Shown here: in pieces, positions 13,001-25,000 of the stretch
Layout: each line of letters opens with the position of its first letter
Numbering within the stretch: position 1 is the stretch's first letter
From: Girardia tigrina
Taxonomy: Eukaryota
Assembly: GCA_001938485.1 (NCBI GenBank)
Contig: MQRK01212342.1
Coordinates: 1 to 50,348 of the forward strand
DNA length: 50,348 bases
Reading direction: 5' to 3'
Position numbers and translations under genes: made by a program
The notes under the pieces: model-generated
Seen by the model: only the letters and a program-made list of their open reading frames with translations
The model's database searches: none
Told to the model about the DNA's origin: nothing

Positions 13001-16000
13001 AGTGTTTTATCAAAAATAGAAAAAAATATAACAACTTAATAAATTTTATATTATACAACATTACTCACAATTTGTTCTATAGTAAATAGTTGTAATGATT
13101 TGAAGTGATGTCCAGAGAGTATGGTAAATGCCAAAGAACCTCAAATTTGTGCTCTAACAGGTTAGCTTGGACGATATTTGCCATTTGACGCTTTGTATCG
13201 TCATGTAGCAGAATCAGTTTGCTTCATTGATCCGATCTTTTTGGCTTCAAAGAACAGTTTACTCGGTGCTGTCATAATATATAGGAGTTTTTATCGACCA
13301 TCTTGTTCTTCTTTAGAATTCACAGTGAATTAATCCTTTCCAGTTCACTAGATGCATAACAATATAATCTTGGCATGGAGATCTTGTTGCACTCTTGGCG
13401 TATCTACAGAGGCTACCTTCTTCCTCCTTTGGTTCTTGTTGAAGTGAAGAAACCATTTTGAGTATCCTGGGAGGATTCAGTATTGGTTATGGTTGCCGGT
13501 CGATCGATGTTAAGTTAGATATTGAGAATAAATTTGAAGGAGATTTTTCTTCTGCTTTTCGCTAAGTTTATGAGACATCTAAGCACATAAAGTTTGAATG
13601 AATCCCTTGGATTGAGGATTTCAACGATTTTTCGCTGTTATAAGAACTCATACATTGACTATACATTTTTTATACATACGATTTTGATCATCCTGGAAAC
13701 AATCCATAGTTGAGTCTCAGTCATTGACATCAACAATAATATATTAATAGTTGTAATCCAATTTTCTGAAAAAAAGTTGACATATGAAAAACCATTTAAA
13801 ATATTTACCATGAATTTTATTGGTTAAAATTAAAACAAACAATAAATTGTTTCAAATAAAAAAATTGATCTATTAATCAGCCATGTTGGTTGAAGAGATA
13901 CAATCCCAAATCAACACACAATATTAGAAAATTTCTCACAGTCGCAAAAGCACACTCGATCTTTTCAAAGAATAATCGACATGATTTACGACTGTCCTTG
14001 TTCAAAAATGCTTCAATACTGTGTTTATTGAAGTCTGAGGATCGTTCAAAAGTTTGGAGTCGTTTAGAACGAAATATACGTTTTAGAATTTAGCAAACCA
14101 GTCTTTTGCAGTCCTACGAGGCAAATCAACCTTTTGACAAGGAACAAAACTTTCTCTAGCTGTTTCGATGAAGAAAGATAAGGTAAAGCAAGTGGCGAAA
14201 ATAAAGATTTCAACCACCAAGAACTAATATTTTTGTAGCCTACAATAAAGGCAAATAAGTTTGTTTTAGGAAAAATATGATAAGAGAATTTAAGAACAGA
14301 CAAAGTTTTTTTTAAATACTTATATACATTTTGCAAAACAAAAAGCAAAAAGCAAGAAGAAGGATCACATAAAACACATGAACTTATGGAACAATCAAAT
14401 AGATTATTTTATTATTTAATTTATTAATTTTATTTTTTTTTTAATTTTAATTGTAATATTTAATTTAAATTTTTAATAATTGTTTAATTTTAATAATAAT
14501 TAATTTTCCCAGGGAAGACATGCGAGGAAACTGAACCGAATAGGTAAATAACTAAATTTTAACTATTAAATTTTTTATATTCGTTTACATTTGTTCTATC
14601 ATTAAATTCTATTAATTTCTCTTAATTGTTTATTTTTAGTCCTTTCCGATAGACTTGGAAAATATTTTTGAAAATATGTTTCTTAAGAATTAACAGATCC
14701 TACTTATTTCAATAAGTTTTTAAGATTTAATGAAATATTTTTCTAATAAATTAAAACATAAACTACGTAATTTTTTGTAATGGAATTATATTTAAAAATA
14801 TTTTTACATAGTGAATTTTAAATGAAATTTAAATGAAATAATTTTTAAGTTTAAATTGCAAAATTGATTAATTTTGTAAAGAAAAATCTAAATATTTTAA
14901 AAATTAAATTGATAATAATTTATTATTATTATTAATTTAATATAAATAATATTATTATTATCTATTGAGAAATGGCGAATTATTAATAAAATCTAGAAAT
15001 AAGACTAATTAGAATGATGATAAATGGTGAAGGATCTTCAGATAGTTATCTCAGAGGTGACTCTAATAGTAAATGCTTTACTAATTATTATACCATGCTC
15101 TAAACCAGTGTTTCCGCCAGGCATCAATCTGAGGTAGGAAATCCCAACCATTTTTTAGAATTTTCACCCCAGAATTTAAGTAATAGAAAATAGAAAAATT
15201 ACTACAACTTTTTGTCGGGAAAATTAAAGGTGTCGGTCTTTCTCGATCCATCTTTCACGTGTCCTCCATCCAGCGAGGACTTCTCTCCGTCATCTGAACC
15301 AGAAATTCTTCATCAAAATTAAGGGACATATCTTGCTCTCAGAAAGAAAGTTTTATCACAATGCGTGAGTTGCAGGTGGCTAATGCCACTTCTATAAAAG
15401 AGTCATTGAAAGATGTCATCACCAAAGAATTGGAGCTAAACAAGACTGACATTATGTGGCAAGGGTACGACGGAGCAAGTGTTTTCAGTGAAAAATATGA
15501 AGGAGTTCAAGATGGTATTATAAAGAAAACATCACCAAATGCTCATTACATGCACTGTCCTTGTGCACGCAGCAGAAAAATTAGTAAAGGCCAAACGTCT
15601 ATTTGGCCTTCTCAACAGTTTATGTCGTTTCTTCAGTGTTTCTCTAAAGCGGATGGCGGTCTTCCTACAAATGCTAGAGATTCTTGGAAACAAACCACTT
15701 TCCTTAATACAACCAGTCAATATTCGCTGGACAGCCCATGCCAAGGCTCTACAAGAAGTAATTCGTTTGTACGAACCTTTAGTCAGCGCTCTTCAAGAAG
15801 TTCATATAGAGGCAAGTGATTATTCCTGTGAAGCAGGTGGACTGATCCCCGAACTGTAGTGTAAAGAAACCGCATACATGTTACATGGTCTTAATGAAAT
15901 CATGCTCCCAGTATGTCTCTTTGCCAAACAACTCCAAAGTAAACAAATGACATTGCTGGATCTACCTACTTTTTTAGACGCTTGTGTCACCCAACTTTCT

Positions 16001-19000
16001 GGATTTATTACTTCATCCTCAAAATCCTCATACGCTACAGATGCAGAGGAGCTGTTCCGCCGATGTTTTCTTGGTTTCATTGGGGAATGTGACATCAAAG
16101 AGGCTCACAGAACTACACTGACACTTTTCGTGCAAGGCTTTCTCTAGAAATTGGACCTACGATTTCCACAACGATCTCTGGCATTTTGTAAAAGTGCCAC
16201 AGTTCTCTTCAGTACCAAGGAGGAAATGACAGAAACCGAAGAATTAGCATTCATTCAGCAACTCGTGGATGGCCACTCTCTTTTAACTGGGAAGGGGTGT
16301 GACCTAAAAAGAGAGTACAAATGCTTCAAGAACTATCTTTCATCCTTGATAGCTAATTCCAGTCCAGTACCAACAGCTTATGACCTTATATCAAAAATTG
16401 TTCAACCACGAAGCGTCTTACATGAATCCTTTCCCCTCCTATCCTCTGCTGCTGTCCTGGTGCTTCTTTGTCCAATTGGAACAGCTTCTGTTGAGCGTTC
16501 ATTTTCAGCTATGAACAGGATTGTGACTAAACTAAGAAACAGACTGACTCCCGGTAACATCGCCCACTTAGTGTGCATCATTACAGACGCCCCAGAAACA
16601 CTGACAACAGAAATGGCAGAACAGATTGTACGTTTATTGCAGGCTTCCGAAAACTCTCGACGCATTGTAATTCCATTATAAACATCAATGAATTGAATAA
16701 TAATGCTTATTTGGTGACAGTGTTCATTTATTTTGTTATTTAAAGGAAAATACTATTGAGAATGCTCATGTTGCATTAATTGCTTCTGGTTTTAACATTA
16801 CAAAATTGCTTAAAAATATCCAGCCTCCATCCACCCCCCTATACAACTGAATTTACCCCCCAGCAAAAAATTTTTGGCGAAAACACTGCTCTAAACATAA
16901 GAAATTTAAAAATCATATTTAAAAACTGAGACAATATATTTATTACTATTCTTAAAGCCTATGTATATATACTATAAAAATTACAAAAATATGCAATAAA
17001 ACTAATTAAAAAATAAAAACGGGAGATATAGCGTTATAATATCGGCGATCACAAACTAATGAACCATATGATTGAGAAAAAAGTATATAAATAAAATAAA
17101 TATATTTTTTCATATAATGTCTAGTTTAGGTTTCCAATCACATACTAATTTTGATTTCGATGCTTTTTTAGATTGTTCAGACAGATAAACATTCGACTGT
17201 AAAATTATGATTAAAAAATAAAGAGCTCAATACATAAATGAGAATTATTTATTAAATCTTTATACATAAATTACCTTTCTGCCCTTGTTTAAGGATGAAC
17301 CACCGATTCTAAAAATTTCCACTGGCCATGACCGATATTTTGCTATTCTAGCTTTCAGCCTGTAGTTGATTTAAAATGCATTTGATTTATAATACATAAA
17401 TAAATACATACAATTTCAGAGAAGTTTGATGTAAATACGATCGACGTTCCATATTCCATAAAACTCGTGGTTTTTCTTTCTCACTAGTCATTCTATGTGG
17501 AATGGATGATTTATCTTTCAAGTCTCCATCTTCAGAATCATAATCATCCATTGAAACAGAACTGAGTAAAAGAGAATTTAACAAATTAAAATTCAAAACA
17601 GATAAATTCGTGTCAATTTAAGAACTTCATTTCTAAAACGGGCCTGTTCCGAATTAAATTGAATAAATAATATTAGGTCGATGCATAAGTTTTCGACCTT
17701 TGATAAAAAAGGATGTACTTCTTTGATTTTCATCCAAAATCCACGTGTTTATTTTTTTATTATTCTGGAAATGGATACCAATAAAAATCGCATACGCCAC
17801 TGTATATTATTTATGTTTAATCTCGGCAAAAAGGCGTCGAGAGCTAAGACAGAAATTTACCAAACATATGGTGCAGGTTCTATTGGCCTTACAACAATCA
17901 AAGAATGGTACGCCAAGTTCAAGAAGGGTGAATTCAAGAGCCACGAAGTGGTAGATCGAAAGATCTGGTTCCCTTAGAAGAGGATGATGGACAGTCAACC
18001 CGTGAACTTGCCAAGTGCGTCAAAGTTAACCAGTCGACAGTCCTACGGCGTCTGAAAGCTCTAGGAAAGGTGCAGAAAGTAACAAGATGGGTCCCAAATA
18101 CTCTCTCTTCCAGAAACAAAGACGATAGGATGAATATCGCCATGGCTCACCTCGCCGGCTACCGAAGAAAATCTTTTTTATGGAGAATCGTCACTGGGGA
18201 CGAGAAATGGGTGTATTGTGTTAACCCAGAACGAAAGAGACAATGGGTAGACTCCGGAACTCCATCAACTTTCACCCCAAAACGCAATATAGGGTTGCCT
18301 CATAAGTTGTCGCAAGAAAACACCAAAAAAACAACAAAATACAATAAAATATAAAATATTTTATCAATCGTCCACGTCATACAAATGCGAAAAGTAGTCG
18401 CCATTGTGTTCAATACATCTCAGACAACGTCCAGGGAGGCTGTGTATCCCATTTTGGAAAAAAAATCACGTGGTTTCTTGTCAAACCAATGTAGAAGATC
18501 TTCGTTGATATCGTTGACACCGGCATAATTCTTTCCTCTAAGTGCACATTTCATTGGAGAGAATAGATAGTAGTCAGATGGTGAGAGATCGGGGGAGTAT
18601 GGTGGATGTGATAGTACGGTGAATCCAAGCGCATTTAGCTTGTCCTTGGTCTTAGCAGCCGTATGCGGACGAGCTTCATCGTGGAGATAATGAACAAAGT
18701 GGTTTCCCCCATGGAGCAACCATCTGCGCCTCTACTGAATAGCGATAATGAGACGATCCAGCTAAGTACAGTAGACACCCGCATTGATTGTAGCATTTGG
18801 AGGTAAGACATCTAACAAGAGCAGTTCTTTACTGTCCCAAAAGACGGAGGCGAGATGCTTTCTCTTTCCAGTCTTCGTGCCGGTGTTGCAAGTGGGTTTT
18901 AATCCGATTTTCTCCATGATCTAATGTTGAAAGCGCCTTCATTGTCCCAGTACACCCATATCTCATCGCAGGGGTTGATTTGGAACAATACATCATTCCG

Positions 19001-22000
19001 GTGATAACTATCCATTCAAGTGCCGACACACCATGGTTTTATCCTGATCAATTCCCTCTGCAATGTTCCTCGTTGTTGCACGCTTGTCTTCAGTCAGAAA
19101 CTTGATTATCTTCTCGTCTATGTCAAGAGAGGGCCGCCCTGAGCGGACTTGATCGTCTGTGTTAAAGTTGTTTTCACGAAAATTGGAAATCCACCTTTCA
19201 CATGTTCTCTTTAAGACTGTTCCAACTCCAAGGGCCGTGTTAATTTCGTCAGTCATCTGTGAGGGTGTTAAATCCCTTTTCCAGCAATAGTAGAGATTAA
19301 AATCCATTAGGATGATGAAAATGTGCGAAATTTACGAAAATGCTATTATTTTATTAAAACAATTCATTTAGAACAGAAAATAAAAATTATTGGACTTAAG
19401 TAGATCGCAAATGCTATTTTTTCTGGAAGAGAGGCACTTATAATGTATATCTGTGATAAAACATTCAGAAATAATCAAAATTCAAAAAAAAACAGAGCCC
19501 CACCGATATATTTCCATGAATTTCTTTTTATATATTTATTATAAAATTAATTTTATATCTTTTTCTTTAAACATATTGTCTTAGCATATTAAAAATCAGT
19601 TTTAACACAAACCTATTTGGTATATATATAGAATTATTAGTTGCCGATCCTGGATTTATCCATTTAATTTGCTTAGATTGAATGTCTTTTTCCCCAGCTG
19701 GCTTTACTTGTCCTCCAGGAAATACAATTATGTTTTCTTTCTAAGAAAAGTAAAAATAGTATCAAAACAAATTGATATTAAAACGTTATTTAATTTACAT
19801 CATTTGAAATCGGTAATGATAACGCACCAACATAGATTGGACCTGCAACATTTGGGGTAAAAGCCTCTGGTGGACTGTACAGCGACTCCATAGTTATTGA
19901 AAGGATGTTATTTGTAGGAAGTTTATCCTCAGGAATTAACGCATTTTCACTGGAGATTTCCACATCAACTAATGGCTGGAGATGTTTCATTAACATTTTA
20001 TACATTAATTTTATTGTTGAAATTATTGACTACGATATGACTTATATAAACAAAAAATTTTTTGTTTTCATATGTAGAATCAGATCATTTTTGTGAGGTA
20101 TTTGAATTTAATATGAGATTTTGTTCAAAAGTATTCAGATACTTTAGTCATTTCGTTTAATCTCGTTACGTAAAAATCATTTTTTTATTAACTAACTCAC
20201 AAGATATTTTATGAACTATAGAATACTTTTTTCGTGATATTTATATTTATGTAAATCCCTTAAATCTGGCACCTAAAGTACCTGTTGACCTATTGAAATT
20301 ATACTATATCCCCCGGAAGATCTTACGTTCACTAGACCTGACGTTCTAAAACTTGTAATCATGTGTTTTAAATATTGGTGTTCTAATAACAGGAAAATAT
20401 TACCTTATGCACTAAATTCAATTTTATATTTAAACAGAACATTTCAATTAACGGATAACTCCTAATTTTATCAGTGATACAATTGGAATAGTATCATGAA
20501 CTATCATTGAAAATTTGTAAAATGATACTATTAGGATTAAAATATCACTAAAATGCTAATGAAAAAATGAGTAGTGATACTATTAGGAGTTATCGTTAAT
20601 TGCTCAACGTGAAAGAATTGATGAAACATTTTCTTTAGTTTTGTTATTCTTTTTGGACATTTAAAAACATTCAAATCTTAAAAGCCAAAACATAAAGCAA
20701 GCATATAACCTTTAACATTCAAGCCCAGCAAAGGTGAATAAAAGTGAATAGGGAGTCAATTATTATTATTATGAAAAATCTGCAAATATATGAATTCACA
20801 GCATTGAATTTTGGCTTCATTTTAATATTATTAAATGATTGAAATAGTGAAGGAACATTTAAGATAGAGAGTGATAAATTCATGCAAAAGTAAAATTATG
20901 TAAATTATTATTTTTTTAAAAAATATGAAATATTTAAACTTATCTTATTCAAATCGCAAAACTCAATGAACAAATATTAAATTATATATTATTAAGTACG
21001 TAATCATTGTAGGAGAGTATATCTATTTATTCCACAAAAATTATTTGTCATAATTAATATCACTGTAAGTAGCGTTTATACCACTTTCAGTATTATCGAA
21101 TTCCGAAATGATAGTTTAACACCACAAAATTTATTAATATCAACAATTCACATATTTAAGCAAATTTCGCCCCAAATTAATTCATTAAATTTTTCGATTA
21201 AATTTTGAAATTTTACGAAATTAAATTATTTTACATTTTTACAAAAATTGTATCATAAAAACTAATTAATTTAAATTTACAATAAATCCTTTTATTAAAA
21301 AATTATTTCTTAAAATATTAATTCGTTAATTATTTATTTTAAAATTTATTCAAACTTATTTCATAAATTTTATTAAAATATATCAATTGTTATTATTGTA
21401 AGCATATTTTAAATAAGTATTTATTTTATCATATTTTTACTCTACATTTTAGTTTTTTAATTTCTTTCTTTTAAATTTTCAAATTAAAAAATAATAAACT
21501 ATTTTGGCGAAACTTAAATTTAAACTAACCCCTTATAATCACATTTTTGTTTAAAGAAATATTTGAATTTAAATTTTTTCAGTTAAAATTTATATTTTCA
21601 AATTGTTTTGTTAAAAGTTATTCATTTAGTATCAAATATTACGGCAAAATTTCCATTGACTTTAACCCAGAAAGAATGAATAAGATATTTGAAGGTAAAC
21701 AAGAGTAAAATTCACATTAATGTCTTCAAAAATTCCTTTTTGTTTCATTCTGTTAAATACAAAATGATATAAAAAGTTTTTTTCTTACGTTTTAAAATAC
21801 TACTATTTGGCTGGTCGAATGGAGAACTTGGAGATTTCTCTTACTGTACCTTTATTTTTTAAAAAAAGAGTAGCCATTAACCTTCTTGTCGATTTAAAGA
21901 ATCTTTGAGGGAAGTTTGTTATATATGAGTATATGTTATGAATACGCATCTTTTTAAAAAGATGTCGAAGGTTTTTTTATAATTCAGAATTCATAACTTA

Positions 22001-25000
22001 AAACTATTTATATTTCAAAATTAATACCATTCGATTGAGAAATATTTTAATGAGAAGACAAAACAACAATTAAATTACATTAATCTTCAATGAAGTTTAA
22101 ATACTTTTGACAATATTAGGGAAACAAGTTTGTGACTCTAAGGTTGCCAATTTTTCATATCAAAAATAAAAAAAAACAAATAAATAAAGTTTTAAAGCAA
22201 TAATTTGATAAACCTTTTGTTTAATTTTAAATAGACATTATAGTTCAAATTCAGAAAGTATATAAATGTTGGAAAAGAGTTGACAAGTTGACATACTTTG
22301 AATATGTTCAGCAATAAATCTTATACTCCTTTGAGTTTATGTTCCAATCTGGTTTATCAATTTTCGTGTAATGGGTGCAATGCTACATACATTGGAGAGA
22401 CGTCTCGTCATCGCTGTAAATGGATTCAGGAGCATAGACGATTGGGTAGTGGGAGTAATATTGCTGGACATATGAAGGGTTGTAAGTCGGAGGTGAAAAC
22501 AACTAATTTTAAAATAGTGTGCAGTAATTTTAAAAATTATTGGGAAGGAGTTACTTGTGAGGCATTATTGATTAAATCACTTAATCCGTCCAATTATGTC
22601 CAAACAAGTCTCTCTTCTACTTTGTTGAAAATATTTAATTAGTTATTACGCACGATGTTTGCATAATCATCAATTTGTTATACAGTGCGGTTCATAAGTA
22701 AGTTCGCACCCTAACAATTTCAATATATCTCAATAAAACGATGAAAAAGTCTTTAATATTTTAATTGCATTGTTTAAAATGATTAAAATTGATCATAATC
22801 TTGTATTTAATTTAAATATTTATAGATTAATTTCATATTTGATGTTTTGTTGGTATTTTAGATTAAAATGGTTTANNNNNNNNNNNNNNNNNNNNNNNNN
22901 NNNNNNNNNNNNNNNNNNNNNNNNNNNNNNNNNNNNNNNNNNNNNNNNNNNNNNNNNNNNNNNNNNNNNTCTTGTTTTTCGAAATTTGGCGTTGGAGTAC
23001 TGAAAAGAATAAATGGCAACCTAAACGTAGAGAAATATCAAAAGGAAATAATAATAAATGAAATAAAAAAAACGTTTTGAACGTTCCGGCAATTTATGAG
23101 GTCTGCCACTTCGTTGAATGTCTTCGTAACTTCCAGTAACAGCATATTTTTTTAACAACTTTTGAATTCCACTCTTGGAGATAGTTGTGTGATATAAATT
23201 CTCCATAATATTCTTAATTTCAGCTACAGACCGTCCTTGTCTCTTAAGCGACACAATGATTATCCTGTTTTCGATGGATATTCTAGCATAAACCATTTTA
23301 ATCTAAAATACCAACAAAACATCAAATATGAAATTAATCTATAAATATTTAAATTAAATACAAGATTATGATCAATTTTAATCATTTTAAAGAATGCAAT
23401 TAAAATAATAAAGACCTTTTCATCGTTTTATTGAGATATATTGAAATTGTTAGGGTGCGAACTTACTTATGAACCGCACTGTATATAAGACAGTAAAATT
23501 GTTGTTAATTCAGCCTGAAGATGGTGGAAAATCCACCGAAATATATTGCAATAAAATTTGATTTTAATGGCGTTCTTGATTTAAATAGAAAGAAGTTTTT
23601 GGATTAACAAGTTTTCCATATTACAATAGACCAGCAGTTCGTCAACATATGAGTCGTGACCCCATCGAAGGTTGAATGACGATTTGCCAGGGGTCACCCC
23701 AGACCATTGAAAAAATATGTTTTTATTTGTATTTTAATGTGTCAACTGTATAGCATGTCAAATATTTATATTACGATTGTTAACAGTATTGAGTATCAAT
23801 AGTATAGTTCTTAGGCATATTGACCAAAATAATTTTACAGTTGTGGGTCGCCACAACATTTGGAATTGTAATAAAAGTGTCGTGGCACTATAGAGGTTGA
23901 GAACCACTGCAATAGACAGTATACTTCCACAGATTTCCTTAGGTCTTAATTTTCCAACGGGGTTGCAACCGATAGATTGAGAACCGCGGCGTTATAGCAT
24001 TTTTTGCACTCATAATTTACAGTAAAGTTAATTATTCAACGGTACTTCTCCAATGTAAATTTTTGTATAATAATCTTTTAGTTTTACCAAAATTTGTAAA
24101 ATGTCTGGTTAAAAACAATACAAAGCCGGGTTTAAAAGGGAAATCTGCCTCACAGATTTTTTGATTTGCACTGGGTGAATCGTTTTAAAATCAAATAAAT
24201 TCAGCCAAATTTGCAGCTATTTATAACAAACGGTTTTCAAGTATTAAAAAAACATTTTTCGATTTTATTTTTTTAAAAGTAAATTTCAAATAAATCATAA
24301 TGATATTTTTCCTAATTCTTAGGAGTAAAAAACATTTAAAAAATATTACTATAAATCTCAGGTGGAAAGTCGATTTTTAAAAACAGAAGTAAAATTAAAA
24401 TCAATTTTTTGACCGCGTTGTTGAAAAGTGTCCATCGCCAAATTTTTTTAGAAAATATCTTTTTTATTTCTGTACACTCAGGATTTTTTCATTTTTTTGA
24501 AGTGATGGAACATAATGAAATAAAATAAAAACTATTTTTTTCAAAATATCGTGTTTAAAACTCTAATTAAATCTAAATATTTAAACAAATATTTTGAGTA
24601 TTATCTAACTGAAATATATAAAATTTAATTTTTTCAACGGCAAATATACATTTTATTCATAAAGATAATCTTATTCTCTTTCTTATCACTTCTTTCGCGT
24701 TAGCTCTTGTCTCTGTAGACTTTTTCCTGAGCGCTTTTATTCTTGTTAGCTTTTATCTGAGAACCCTAAATGAGGTAGGAAGTATAATTCTAGAAATGAA
24801 CTCATAGTTCTCTGGATAAAGTTTCAAGAAAGAGAGAGATCCTTTACTTAAAGATTTACGAGAAGATGATTAAATATATAGTCTACACCTTTAATCTACT
24901 TTTACGTGGAGTTATTGAACACGATATTTTAATCAAATTTTAGTATATTTTCCAAAATAAATGTAACAGCAAATTTACTATCAAAGAAGGAAATGATTTC

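Larger units (their letters stand above)
22215..23590 (+). mobile_element. Penelope-like element 3' fragment (GIY-YIG endonuclease and pLTR), interrupted by a Tc1 derivative
   Basis: ORF 22298..22642 [22 protein letters not shown]...EH...[11 protein letters not shown]; hammerhead motif lies downstream. Confidence 0.85.

Noticed and set aside
24133-24383. TTAA-flanked Kolobok-like MITE
   Set aside because: The TIR match is too degenerate to support.
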